The notes under the pieces are model-generated. The model was not told the origin of the DNA, did no database searches, and was given only the letters and a program-made list of their open reading frames with translations. Shown here in pieces: positions 29,230-39,180 of a DNA stretch of 64,000 nucleotides. How positions within the stretch are numbered: position 1 is the first letter of the stretch; the number at the start of each line of letters is the position of its first letter. The translations under genes were made by a program, and so were the position numbers. Source of the stretch: Hyphococcus sp. (lineage in GTDB: Bacteria; Pseudomonadota; Alphaproteobacteria; Caulobacterales; Parvularculaceae); NCBI GenBank assembly GCA_965243785.1, contig CBDEVX010000016.1:106351-170350 (forward strand), written 5' to 3'.

Positions 29230-29557
29230 AAATCCCGGCTTCTGTTGCCAGGCGCCGGGGGGCCCCGCCTGAGCCTTGGATGGGGCTCAGGACTTTAAGT
29301 GCGAGTCACTCAGCCGCGTTACGCAGCGAGAGCGAACTCTTCCGAATGGTTGTCATTAGCAACTATTCAGTTTGGCCAAATAACGGAGGCCAACCGGGCG
29401 AAAACATCGTCTTTAGACGTCCGTCGATCCTATTTCGGCCCCGCCGCAAGCCCCGCCGGCAATTCAGGCGGGGATTCTGGTGGAGCCGCCGGGTACCGCC
29501 CCCGGGTCCGAGCCGCTTATTACACGCGTCATTTATCGCCATAGCCCGCAAGCGGGC
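29230..29557 (-). ncRNA. ssrA: Two-piece (circularly permuted) tmRNA
   Basis: Minus strand: acceptor piece ...GGGGGCGGTACCCGGCGGCTCCACCA (CCA end at 29478), an intervening segment, then the coding piece GGGGCCGAAATAGGATCGACG from 29442. Tag frame 29360-29319 reads ANDNHSEEFALAA*. Outer ends are approximate. Confidence 0.95.
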
Positions 29558-29697
29558 GATCTAAATATAGGGGGAATGCGTAAATTATTGAAGACCCGAC
29601 GGAAAACGCGGCAAATGTCGGAAAGTGTCAACATTCTGTAATAACTATGCATTAAGTGCGCCGTGTCCTTGTGCGGGCGGCCTGAGAGGCTACGGTG

Positions 29698-29937
29698 ATG
29701 GAACCCATTGATTTCCGGAAGTGGCGCAAGTCGCTCGACATGTCGCAAAAAGACGCGGCGCATATTCTCGGTCTCAAGCGGCGCATGATCCAATATTATG
29801 AAAAAGGCGAACGGGATGGGGAAAAGGTCAAGATTCCGCGATCCGTGCGTCTGGCCTGCTACGCCATCTCCAACGGCATCGCCGACTATCACGGGCCGCA
29901 CCGGAAGGTGCAGATGATCGAAAAAGACGGCGATTAA
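29698..29937 (+). CDS. XRE-family helix-turn-helix protein
   Basis: [32 protein letters not shown]. Confidence 0.88.
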   Translation: MEPIDFRKWRKSLDMSQKDAAHILGLKRRMIQYYEKGERDGEKVKIPRSVRLACYAISNGIADYHGPHRKVQMIEKDGD

Positions 29938-30043
29938 CTCTCGCTGCGCCGACGCATTCAAAACATCCTGCTTGAAAGCGCCCGTGACGCGGCGCAGGGA
30001 CTTGCTATGCTGGCCGGCAATTCCAACCGATTCGGCGAAGATT

Positions 30044-30838
30044 ATGCGGCAATATCTCGATCTCCTGCGGCGGGTCCTTCGTGAGGGCGACGCGCGCGTC
30101 GACCGCACCGGCGTCGGCACGCGCGCTGTGTTCGGCCATCAAATGCGGTTCGATCTCGCGAACGGCTTTCCGCTGCTGACGACCAAGAAGCTTCACACGA
30201 AATCCATCGTGCACGAATTAATCTGGTTTCTCGCTGGCGACACCAACATTGCCTATCTGAAGCAACACGGCGTTTCGATCTGGGACGAATGGGCCGACGA
30301 GAATGGCGATCTCGGGCCAGTCTACGGCAAACAATGGCGATCCTGGGCCGGTCCTGACGGACATGCGGTCGATCAGATCGCTTGGGTGATCGACGAGATT
30401 AAAAAGAACCCGTCCTCTCGGCGTCTTGTCGTCAGCGCATGGAATCCGGCGGAGCTCGACGATATGGCGCTCGCGCCATGTCATTGCCTGTTCCAGTTCT
30501 TCGTTGCGGACGGCCGCTTGTCGTGCCAGCTCTATCAACGCTCTGCAGACATCTTCCTTGGCGTACCGTTCAACATTGCCTCATACGCTCTGCTGACCGA
30601 GATGGTGGCGCAGGTTTGCAGTCTTAAAGCCGGCGAATTTATCCATACGCTGGGCGACGCACATCTTTATTCGAATCATGTCGAACAGGCGCAAAAACAG
30701 CTTGGGCGAACGCCGGGGCCATTGCCTCAATTGCAGATGAATCCGGCGATTACGGACATATTCAAATTCCGGTTCGACGACATCGCGTTCGAAAACTACG
30801 AAGCGCAATCAACCATAAAAGCGCCGATTGCGGTATGA
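30044..30838 (+). CDS. thyA: Thymidylate synthase
   Basis: [30 protein letters not shown] and [19 protein letters not shown]. Confidence 0.97.
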   Translation: MRQYLDLLRRVLREGDARVDRTGVGTRAVFGHQMRFDLANGFPLLTTKKLHTKSIVHELIWFLAGDTNIAYLKQHGVSIWDEWADENGDLGPVYGKQWRSWAGPDGHAVDQIAWVIDEIKKNPSSRRLVVSAWNPAELDDMALAPCHCLFQFFVADGRLSCQLYQRSADIFLGVPFNIASYALLTEMVAQVCSLKAGEFIHTLGDAHLYSNHVEQAQKQLGRTPGPLPQLQMNPAITDIFKFRFDDIAFENYEAQSTIKAPIAV

Positions 30839-31329
30839 GTTTTCGCATTCGCGACGCTGCGCCCGGTGACGAGGCCGTAATTCTCGGTTTCATCCGAGAG
30901 CTTGCCGCGTATGAAAAGCTCGCCCGCGAGGTTGTCGCCGTCGAGGACGATCTCACGAAAACGCTCTTTGCAGATAATCCGAAAGCGTTCGCGCTGATTG
31001 TCGAAGACGAGCGTGGGCCGTTTGGCTACGCGCTTTACTTTTTCAACTACTCAACGTTTCTGTGCCGGCACGGGCTTTATCTCGAAGACCTTTATATACG
31101 TCAGGACCGGCGCGGAAACGGCGCGGGCAAAGCACTGCTGGCGCGCCTTGCAGCGATTGCAGAGGCCTATGATTGCGGCCGGATGGAATGGTGGGTTTTG
31201 GACTGGAATGCGCCGTCGATTGCCTTCTACAAATCGCTCGGCGCAGAGGCCATGGATGACTGGACCGTATACAGACTAACAGGCGAGCCGTTGTCGCGGC
31301 TCGCGAAGGAAGGCGAGACGTCGTCATGA
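30835..31329 (+). CDS. GNAT N-acetyltransferase (SSAT-like)
   Basis: [31 protein letters not shown] and [15 protein letters not shown]. Confidence 0.92.
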   Translation: MSFRIRDAAPGDEAVILGFIRELAAYEKLAREVVAVEDDLTKTLFADNPKAFALIVEDERGPFGYALYFFNYSTFLCRHGLYLEDLYIRQDRRGNGAGKALLARLAAIAEAYDCGRMEWWVLDWNAPSIAFYKSLGAEAMDDWTVYRLTGEPLSRLAKEGETSS

Positions 31330-31835
31330 GACTGGCGCTTGTCGCAGCGGTTGCGCGCAACGGCGTCATCGGCGGCGACGGCGCCCTGCCATGGCGGATC
31401 AGTGATGACCTCAAGTGGTTCAAGAAAAACACCATGGGCAAGCCGTTGCTGATGGGGCGGAAGACTTTTCATTCCATCGGAAAGGCGCTCCCAGGGCGCG
31501 ACAACATTGTGCTGACGCGCGATCCTGCCTTTGCGGCGCCGCAGGTTTTCGTGGCCCGGTCGATGCGCAGCGGTCTTGTTCTGGCGTCGGCGTGCGCTGT
31601 TGCGCGCGACGCGGAAGAAGTCTGCGTTATCGGCGGCGGCGATATCTACGCGCAGACCATTGCGCGCGCCGACCGCATCTACCTCACCCGCGTCGATGCC
31701 GAACCGGAGGGCGACGCCTTTTTCCCCGCCGTCAAGCCGCGCGAGTGGCGCGAGACCTCAGTCGGCGGCTGTGAAAAATCGGGCAAAAACGATCACGCTT
31801 GCGAATTTGTCATCCTCGACAGACGCCGCTTTTAG
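31326..31835 (+). CDS. folA: Dihydrofolate reductase
   Basis: VARNGVIG...LPWRISDDLKWFK, MGRKTF.SIGKALPGR.NIVL, VIGGGDIY and GDAFFP. Confidence 0.96.
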   Translation: MRLALVAAVARNGVIGGDGALPWRISDDLKWFKKNTMGKPLLMGRKTFHSIGKALPGRDNIVLTRDPAFAAPQVFVARSMRSGLVLASACAVARDAEEVCVIGGGDIYAQTIARADRIYLTRVDAEPEGDAFFPAVKPREWRETSVGGCEKSGKNDHACEFVILDRRRF

Positions 31836-31991
31836 CAGTGAAATTAGCTCGATTTGGACAAAAAAAGGCGAGATTTACGCAACATTTAGGACGATAGGTT
31901 CGTTTCCGGGGTGCGAATCGCCGCTATTCAGCGGCTATGATGTGGGCGGCGCGGAATCCCGCGCGCGTAACGACGGTAAAGGAGGGGGATT

Positions 31992-33332
31992 ATGAGATTT
32001 CACGTTTCTGCATTTGTTGCGGGCGCCGCTGGCGGTCTGGCCTTTTGCGGCGCGGCGGCGGCGCAGTCGTTTAACGTCGCCTGCGTTAAGGGCGCGGACG
32101 AGCGCACGATTGAGATTGTTTCCCCGGGGGTTGTCGGCGCGTCTTGCGATGTGCAGTACGCCCGTGCCGGCGGCGTCAAAACGCCTTACCACGCAAACAA
32201 TTCGCCGGTGTTTTGCGAAGAGAAAGCCGGTGAAATTGTCGCGACCCTGATCACCGACGGCTTCGCCTGCGGGCCGGTTGGCGGCCCGCTGACGGCGGAA
32301 GCGCGCCCGGCGCCGGAAACCGCTAGCCTTGTCGAGCCGGAACCCGCGCCGGAGCCGATCCCCGAGCCGACGCCAGAACCGGCATTGCAGCCAAATGAAA
32401 TCGCGGCGCCGGCCGTCGACGCACCGGCGGAGGAGATTGTCGCTGAAGAGGTCGCGGAAGCCGCGGCGCTGGAACGAGCCGAACCGGCGCCTCTTATCGG
32501 GGCGGCGCCGATTGAAGAGCCGTTTTCGTCAGCAGCGGCGCCGGAGACAGTTGAATCCGAACCGTTGCAGCCCATCGCTGTCGAGAACGTCGTGATCGAT
32601 GATGCGCCGGAGATGGTATCTTTGCCGGAGACTGATGCGATTGAAGAAGCGGACACGGCGCTGCTGGATTTACCGGCGCCGGAAACGGTCGCGACGCGTG
32701 GTCCCGCAGCGCTCGCGGGCGACGATCTCGAAGAATTGCAGCGAGCCGTCGAACCCGTTCCGACCGGGCGATTGGTCGGCGCGGCGCCAACGCTTGAACC
32801 GGTGGAGCAGCCTGCGGACCAACCGACCTCGCACGCGACGCAATCACCGACGAGCGGGGCCCCTGCAGCCGTCACGACGCCAACGCCGGCGGCGGTGATC
32901 GCCGCCGCGCCGGCGCAGCCAAATTCGGTGCGTCCCTCCGGATTGCGCGACCCGGAAGAAATCATCGTTGCGACGCTGAACGCCCAAGCTGCGGCGTGGA
33001 ATGAAGGCAATCTTCAGGCCTTTATGGAAACATACTGGAACGACGATGATCTGAAATTTGTCTCCGGCACGGCGATCACGAAGGGCTGGTCGCCGACCAT
33101 GAAGCGGTACCGTGAACGCTATTCAGACGATTCCGGGCTCGGTCAGCTTTCGTTCGAGAAAACCGACGTTGAAATGGTTACCGACGACGTCGCCGTCGTG
33201 ACCGGTCGTTTCAATCACGTGAAAAACGAGGAAACGTCGAGCGGCGTTTTTACCCTGGTGATGAAACGCGTCGGCGGCGTTTGGCGCATCGTTCACGATC
33301 ACACCGCCGGCGACGCGCCTAGGAATCAATAG
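31992..33332 (+). CDS. Exported modular protein: Cys4 domain, long Pro/Glu/Ala linker, C-terminal SnoaL/DUF4440 (NTF2-like) domain
   Basis: Signal peptide, four Cys in about 65 aa, low-complexity middle, and C-terminal AAWNEGNLQAFMETYW...GVFTLVMKRVGGVWRIVHDHT. Confidence 0.75.
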   Translation: MRFHVSAFVAGAAGGLAFCGAAAAQSFNVACVKGADERTIEIVSPGVVGASCDVQYARAGGVKTPYHANNSPVFCEEKAGEIVATLITDGFACGPVGGPLTAEARPAPETASLVEPEPAPEPIPEPTPEPALQPNEIAAPAVDAPAEEIVAEEVAEAAALERAEPAPLIGAAPIEEPFSSAAAPETVESEPLQPIAVENVVIDDAPEMVSLPETDAIEEADTALLDLPAPETVATRGPAALAGDDLEELQRAVEPVPTGRLVGAAPTLEPVEQPADQPTSHATQSPTSGAPAAVTTPTPAAVIAAAPAQPNSVRPSGLRDPEEIIVATLNAQAAAWNEGNLQAFMETYWNDDDLKFVSGTAITKGWSPTMKRYRERYSDDSGLGQLSFEKTDVEMVTDDVAVVTGRFNHVKNEETSSGVFTLVMKRVGGVWRIVHDHTAGDAPRNQ

Positions 33333-34392
33333 CCGCGTCGATTTTGGCCGCTAGTTTTCGAAACCCTTCAGTCGCCGGATGATCTTCCGCCGCGAGCGGC
33401 GTTCCGGCGTCCGATGCGATACGCAATTCCGGATACAGGGGCAGCGCGCCAAGGAACGGCGCGCTGAGCGATGCGGCGGCTTTTTCTGCACCGCCTTCGC
33501 CGAATAGATAGGCGCGTTCGCCGCTTGCAGTTTCCAGCCACGCCATGTTTTCGACGACGCCAATAATCGGCACATCGGTTTTTCGGAACAGTTCAACGCC
33601 GCGGCGCACGTCAGCCAAGGCCATTTCCTGAGGCGTTGACACGATGACGGCGCCTGAAAGGCGTTTTGATTGAATGAGCGACAAATGCGCGTCGCCGGTG
33701 CCCGGCGGCGTATCGACAATCAGAACGTCAAGCGGCCCCCACGCGACGTCACGCATCAATTGACGCAGCGCGCCCGTTACCATGGGCCCGCGCCAAGCGA
33801 GCGCCTGTTTCGGATCGACGAGAAAGCCGATCGACATGACGGCGACGTCATGCGCCGTCATTGGTTGAATTTTCCCATCAACCATCGCCGCCTTGCCGCT
33901 GACCCCGAACAGCGTCGGCGCCGAGGGCCCGTAGATATCGCCGTCGAGAAAGCCCGTTTTCTTTCCCGCCCGCGCGAAGGCGACGGCGAGATTGGCGGCG
34001 ACCGTCGACTTGCCGACGCCGCCCTTGCCGGAGGCGACCGCGATGACTGTCTTTACGTCGCCGAGGGCGTCGGCCTGGACTTGAGGCGGGCGCTTCAGGC
34101 CAAACGGGTTGTCGTGGCCCCCGCCGCCCTGCGGTTTGGCTGTGCTATGGGCTGTCGCAACGGCGGAAACGGAAGAAACGCCGTCAATGCGCGCCGCCGC
34201 TTCCTTGGCGTCCGACAGGATTTTTTCCGCCGCAGGTTGTTCGTTGCCGCTGATTTCCAGCGCAAACCGCACGCGCCCGTCGGGTTCGACCCTCAGCGCC
34301 TGAACGGCGCCGGACGTCACAATGTCGCGGCCATCGGGGCGCTTTATGGTGGAAAGCGCGTCGCGAACGCGTATCAACAGGGGCTCGGCCAA
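33319..34392 (-). CDS. mrp: Mrp/ApbC (NBP35-family) Fe-S cluster carrier ATPase
   Basis: VASGKGGVGKST, DGDIYGPS, WRGPM, DTPPGTGD and STPQEMAL. Confidence 0.95.
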   Translation of the reverse strand: MAEPLLIRVRDALSTIKRPDGRDIVTSGAVQALRVEPDGRVRFALEISGNEQPAAEKILSDAKEAAARIDGVSSVSAVATAHSTAKPQGGGGHDNPFGLKRPPQVQADALGDVKTVIAVASGKGGVGKSTVAANLAVAFARAGKKTGFLDGDIYGPSAPTLFGVSGKAAMVDGKIQPMTAHDVAVMSIGFLVDPKQALAWRGPMVTGALRQLMRDVAWGPLDVLIVDTPPGTGDAHLSLIQSKRLSGAVIVSTPQEMALADVRRGVELFRKTDVPIIGVVENMAWLETASGERAYLFGEGGAEKAAASLSAPFLGALPLYPELRIASDAGTPLAAEDHPATEGFRKLAAKIDAAIDS

Positions 34393-34522
34393 CTTTTAGT
34401 CCTTGTTTTTCCTGAAAAAGCCGGGCCCGCGCGTTGCGCGCCACAAATTCAGTGACATATATAGCCCGCGCAGCGCCGGGCCAATGCCCCGGCGTGCTGC
34501 AGAACCTAACAAGAGAGGCTCA

Positions 34523-35692
34523 ATGCCCTGGCAAGATAATTCCGGCAATCGCGGACCGTGGGGACAGCCGCCGCGCGGCGAAAACGGCGGCGGACGCAAC
34601 AATGGCGGGCGCGGCCCTGGCGAGCCGCCCGATCTTGAGGATTTACTGGAAGCCTCGCGGCGCCGACTGCGCCGCGCATTCCCGCGCGGACGCGGCGGGG
34701 ACGGCGGCGGCAGCGGCGGGTTGCCGTTCAGCCCGAAGCTGTTCGGGCTCATCGCAGCCGCAATCCTGGCGCTCTGGCTTTTTTCCGGCATTTACCAGGT
34801 CAATCCGGGTGAGCGCGCCGTTGTTACGACCTTCGGGAAGTTTTCCCAGATCGAGGCGCAAGGCCTTAAATGGCGCATCCCGTTTCCGGTTCAGGCCGTT
34901 GAGATCATCTCCGTTGACGAGGAGCAGCAAACGGAAATCGGGTTCCGCGGCCAGGCGACCCGTAGCGCCGAAGCCTTGTCGGAGAGTCTCATGCTCACGG
35001 GCGACAAAAATATCGTCGATGTTACGTTTTCAGTGAACTGGAACGTCGATACGTCTCCGGCGCCGGAAGGCGAACTGCCGGGGCCTGCAAAGTTCGCGTT
35101 TAACATTGAAGAGCCGCAAAATGTCGTGCGCGCCGTCGCTGAGGCGTCAATGCGCGAAGTCGTGGGCGCCAATACGCTTGAGCCGCTGATCACATCGGGC
35201 CGCGATCTCGTTCAGGAACAGACGCGCGAGCTGATGCAGGAAGCGCTCGACTCCTATAATAGCGGTGTACGGATTATTCGCGTCAACTATCGTCGCGCTG
35301 ATGCGCCGCCCCAGGTGCGCGAAGCGTTTCTTGATGTTTTCAACGCCGGCTCCGAGGCTGAGCGAAAGGTCAACGAGGCGCAGCGTTATTACAACGAAAA
35401 AATCCCGCTTGCGCGCGGTGAAGGGCAGAAAATTCTGGAAGACGCCGCGGCCTATGCGGCGCGCGTGACGGCGGACGCCCGCGGTCAGGCGCAGCGTTTC
35501 AACCAGATTTACGACGAGTATCGCCAGGCGCCGTCGGTAACCCGGCAGCGCATGTATCTCGAAACGGTTGAATCGGTTCTTGCCGACATGAATAAGATCG
35601 TCATTGAGGACGATGCCGGCGGCGGCGTGGTGCCGTATCTGCCGCTCAACGAATTGAACCGGCAATCACAACGAAACGGAGGATCGCAATAA
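34523..35692 (+). CDS. hflK: FtsH modulator HflK
   Basis: MPWQDN...GPWG...PPDLEDL N-terminus, SPFH domain (MLTGDKNIVDV) and TRQRMYLETVE. Confidence 0.95.
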   Translation: MPWQDNSGNRGPWGQPPRGENGGGRNNGGRGPGEPPDLEDLLEASRRRLRRAFPRGRGGDGGGSGGLPFSPKLFGLIAAAILALWLFSGIYQVNPGERAVVTTFGKFSQIEAQGLKWRIPFPVQAVEIISVDEEQQTEIGFRGQATRSAEALSESLMLTGDKNIVDVTFSVNWNVDTSPAPEGELPGPAKFAFNIEEPQNVVRAVAEASMREVVGANTLEPLITSGRDLVQEQTRELMQEALDSYNSGVRIIRVNYRRADAPPQVREAFLDVFNAGSEAERKVNEAQRYYNEKIPLARGEGQKILEDAAAYAARVTADARGQAQRFNQIYDEYRQAPSVTRQRMYLETVESVLADMNKIVIEDDAGGGVVPYLPLNELNRQSQRNGGSQ

Positions 35693-36792
35693 TGAACAGG
35701 TTATTCGGTCCCGGTCTTGTCATCGGCGCAATCGCTGTTGTGCTTATTCTCAATGTGTTTCTGTTTACGGTTGGCGAGCGCGAACAGGCGATCGTTCTTC
35801 GCTTCGGTGATCCCGTGCGGATTGCGCCGGAAGCCGGCTTGAAAGCGAAGCTGCCAATCGAAAACGTCGTCAAGCTCGACAAGCGCAATCTCGAATATGA
35901 TCACAGCGCGCAGGAGATCTTTACGGTCAACCAGGAGCGCCTCGTTGTCGATGCGTTTGTTCGCTACCAGATTATCGAGCCGCTTCGATATTACGAAAGC
36001 TTCCGCGCCGGCGCCGGCGACAGCCAGCGAGAGTTGCGCAGTGAGGGTGAAAAACGCCTAGCGGCCGTGCTTGAAAGTGCGTTACGTGCAGTGCTCGGCG
36101 AGGCTACGGATATCGCGATCATCCGTGACCGGCGGGCGCAGCTGATGCAGGCGATCAACGCGCTGATGGCCGAAGAGGTCCGGAAGTTCGGCGTGCGGAT
36201 TATTGACGTCAAGATTCGCCGCGCCGATTTCCCGACGGAAAACGAAGATGACGTTTATCAACGCATGCGCTCAGAACGCCAGCAAATTGCGCAACGCATT
36301 CGTGCTGAAGGCGACGAACAGAAACGGCGCATTGAAGCGCAAGCTGATCGCCGCGAGACAGAAATCTTAGCTGACGCCAACCGCCGTGCTCTTGAAATTA
36401 AAGGTCGCGCCGACGCCGCCCGAAATTGTATTTTCGCCGGCGCCTATGACGGCGTGCCCGTGAGCATCACGGAGGAAACCATCGACGCCACCGTGGCTGG
36501 CGGCGACGATGCGGCGGCGCCAACGGAAGAGGGCGAAACCCTGCCTGCGGCGGGCGAAGGAGCGCCCATTGCAGCGGCGGCCGGCGGCGTGCAGACGGAA
36601 GCCAACGCAGCGATCATCGGCTGCGAGTTTCTCCCGGGCGGGCAGCGCGATCCGCAGCGGGCGGAGTTTTTTGCGTTTTACCGCTCCCTTGACGCCTATC
36701 AGGTCGCATTGAAACAGGGCGAGACGACGATACTGCTCAGCCCGGACTCGGAATTCTTCCGGTATTTCAGGGACTTCGAAACCCGCAACTAG
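35692..36792 (+). CDS. hflC: FtsH modulator HflC with a C-terminal insertion
   Basis: EQAIVLRFGDP, LVVDAFVRYQI, RMRSERQQIA and EFFAFYRSLDAY...LSPDSEFFRYF. Confidence 0.93.
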   Translation: MNRLFGPGLVIGAIAVVLILNVFLFTVGEREQAIVLRFGDPVRIAPEAGLKAKLPIENVVKLDKRNLEYDHSAQEIFTVNQERLVVDAFVRYQIIEPLRYYESFRAGAGDSQRELRSEGEKRLAAVLESALRAVLGEATDIAIIRDRRAQLMQAINALMAEEVRKFGVRIIDVKIRRADFPTENEDDVYQRMRSERQQIAQRIRAEGDEQKRRIEAQADRRETEILADANRRALEIKGRADAARNCIFAGAYDGVPVSITEETIDATVAGGDDAAAPTEEGETLPAAGEGAPIAAAAGGVQTEANAAIIGCEFLPGGQRDPQRAEFFAFYRSLDAYQVALKQGETTILLSPDSEFFRYFRDFETRN

Positions 36793-36894
36793 ACGTCGCA
36801 TAATTCGGTCGCTGTGTCTGGGGCGCGCTTGTCACCGCGCTGCTTTGCGTTAACTTGTTCGCGCTATCGTCTTGGGGATTGGTGTGAGGCCGTT

Positions 36895-38277
36895 ATGATT
36901 CAACGAGATTTCGGGCGCATTTTCAAAGCCGCGGCGGTTGGCGCGGCGCTGGCCGTTACGCCGTTGACCGGCGCGTTCGCCCACGGCCCGTCCCACAATC
37001 TGCCGGCCCTGGTCGAAAAATTGTCTCCGGCGGTGGTCAACATCTCCTCCTCGCAAAGTGTTCGGGGCGGCAACGCTACGGGCGAACTCGAAACCCTGCG
37101 TAAGAAGTTCGGTCGTCAGCCCGTGTCTCTTGGCTCGGGGTTTGTCATCGATCCAAGGGGCATCGTCGTCACCAACAATCATGTCATCGACAATGCCGAC
37201 CAGATCACCGTGAAGCTCAATGACGGCCGCGAATTCGAAGCGACCGTTCGCGGGCGCGACCGGGAAACCGACTTGGCGGTGCTGGAACTCCAGGCGAGCG
37301 GCGCCCGTTTTCCCTTCGTTAAATGGGGAGATGTCGACAGTGCGCCGGTTGGCGTCGATGTTATTGCAATCGGCAATCCGTTTGGCCTTGGCGGCTCGGT
37401 GACGAAAGGCATCGTGTCGGCCCGCAATCGAAACATCAATTCCGGCCTTTATGATGATTTCATCCAGACGGACGCCTCCATCAACCGTGGCAATTCCGGC
37501 GGACCGTTGTTTGATTTGCAGGGCAACGTCATCGGCGTGAACACGGCGATTTTCTCGCAGACCGGCGGTTCGGTCGGCGTCGGCTTCGCCATTCCGGCCG
37601 ATCTTGCCGAGACGGTCGTCGAACAATTGTTGGAATACGGCGAGACCCGTCGCGGCTGGCTTGGCGTCACGATCGAAGATGTCTCCGCTAACCAGGCCTC
37701 GACCATCGGCCTGAAGCGGCCTGAAGGCGCGGTCGTTTCCGTGGTCACGCCGAACAGCCCGGCCCACGATGCCGGCGTCGCGGTCAACGACGTTATTTTA
37801 GAGTTCAATCGCCAGCCAATCTCGTCAGTTCGCGACCTGACCCGCGCCGTGGCCGACACGCCCGTCGGCGAGCGCGCGCCGCTGCTGATCTTGCGCGACG
37901 GCAAACGCATGACGCTCAATGTGATTGTTGAGCGCCGCGAGAAACGCCAGCTTGCAGCGGCCGGCGGGTTCGCGACGCCGTCCAACGCCTTCAAGAGCGC
38001 GGGGCTCACGCTGCAGGAGCCGACCGAGGAAATCAGGCGGGCGTTCGGACTGCCTTCCAATGTTGAGGGCGTCGTGATCACCGAGGTTGATCCGGACAGT
38101 CCGGCGGCGGTCTTCTTGAAGCCCGGCGACGTGATCCTTGAGATCGGCTGGGAACGGATGACGCGGCCTGCTGCTGCGGTCTCAAAGCTCGACAAGCTGC
38201 GTAACCTCAATAGCGGCCCGGTGCAGATCTACATCCAGCGCGGCGACCTTTTGTTCTATGAGAGCCTGAGGCCCTGA
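36895..38277 (+). CDS. degP: Do/DegP/HtrA-family serine endoprotease with two PDZ domains
   Basis: Catalytic triad motifs VTNNHV, TDLAVL and INRGNSGGPL; RRGWLGV PDZ entry. Exact paralogue name is uncertain. Confidence 0.9.
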   Translation: MIQRDFGRIFKAAAVGAALAVTPLTGAFAHGPSHNLPALVEKLSPAVVNISSSQSVRGGNATGELETLRKKFGRQPVSLGSGFVIDPRGIVVTNNHVIDNADQITVKLNDGREFEATVRGRDRETDLAVLELQASGARFPFVKWGDVDSAPVGVDVIAIGNPFGLGGSVTKGIVSARNRNINSGLYDDFIQTDASINRGNSGGPLFDLQGNVIGVNTAIFSQTGGSVGVGFAIPADLAETVVEQLLEYGETRRGWLGVTIEDVSANQASTIGLKRPEGAVVSVVTPNSPAHDAGVAVNDVILEFNRQPISSVRDLTRAVADTPVGERAPLLILRDGKRMTLNVIVERREKRQLAAAGGFATPSNAFKSAGLTLQEPTEEIRRAFGLPSNVEGVVITEVDPDSPAAVFLKPGDVILEIGWERMTRPAAAVSKLDKLRNLNSGPVQIYIQRGDLLFYESLRP

Positions 38278-38280
38278 TCC

Positions 38281-39162
38281 CTACGCAATAAATTCCGCTT
38301 GCGGAATACCTTGCAAATATAGGAGCGCCGTGAGGTCGCCGTGGTCGATGCGCGCATGAGCTGCTTCCGCGACCGCCGGCTTTGCGCGGAAAGCAACGCC
38401 GAGCCTGGCGCGCTCCAGCATGGAAAGATCGTTCGCCCCGTCGCCCACGGCCAGCGTGTCGGCCAGGTCGATGTCGTTCTCGCCGGCGAGCCGAAGAAGC
38501 GCGTTCTGCTTCGCGGCCCGGCCAAGGACCGGTTCCGCCACGGCGCCCGTCAGGCGGCCGTCTTCAATCAGGAGCTCATTTGCCTGATGATGCTGAAATC
38601 CGCAGGCCTCGGCGACGAGGGATGTAAAAAACGTAAACCCCCCGGAAACGAGCGCAGTCATGGCGCCGGCGGCGTTCATCGTTTTGACAAGTGTTTCGCC
38701 GCCGGGCGTTAGTGCAATGCGCTGGTCGAACGCCTCCTGCAATACGGAAACCGGCAACCCCTTCAGCATGGCGACGCGTTCTTTCAGCGCCGCCTCAAAG
38801 TCCAACTCGCCGTGCATGGCGCGATCTGTGATGGCTGAAATTTCCGCCCGCTTGCCGGCGAAGTCGGCGAGTTCATCGATACATTCCTGCTGAATGATGG
38901 TTGAATCCATATCGGCGATAAGGAGACGTTTGCGCCGCCGGGCGGCGTCAATCAGGTTGACGTCAATGGGTTTTCCTTGACGGGCGTGGTGGGCGCCGAG
39001 AAAAGTATCGCTGTCGGCCTCAACCAGTTCAATATCATAGGCGACGCCCTTGCTCAGCTCACGGATTTCTGCTTTCGGAAACCACTCGCGAATCCGCTCA
39101 ATGACCGCGTCATCAATGACCGGCGCTGACGGGTTGGCGATAAGGGACAGTATGTTGGTCAT
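38281..39162 (-). CDS. serB: Phosphoserine phosphatase
   Basis: LLIADMDSTII.QECIDELA, VSGGFTFF and AVGDGANDLSML. Start is ATG 39162; the ORF-track extension overlaps miaA. Confidence 0.95.
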   Translation of the reverse strand: MTNILSLIANPSAPVIDDAVIERIREWFPKAEIRELSKGVAYDIELVEADSDTFLGAHHARQGKPIDVNLIDAARRRKRLLIADMDSTIIQQECIDELADFAGKRAEISAITDRAMHGELDFEAALKERVAMLKGLPVSVLQEAFDQRIALTPGGETLVKTMNAAGAMTALVSGGFTFFTSLVAEACGFQHHQANELLIEDGRLTGAVAEPVLGRAAKQNALLRLAGENDIDLADTLAVGDGANDLSMLERARLGVAFRAKPAVAEAAHARIDHGDLTALLYLQGIPQAEFIA

Positions 39163-39180
39163 TCGCCTACGGACGATAAA

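Noticed and set aside
29017-29700. Genomic island integrated at tmRNA
   Set aside because: No integrase, no duplicated CCA/T-arm att site, and the flanks are ordinary (sspB, XRE gene, thyA).
32330-32400. Short GC-rich repeats suggesting an array
   Set aside because: They encode Pro-Glu low-complexity protein sequence; there is no constant repeat-spacer structure, so not a CRISPR array.
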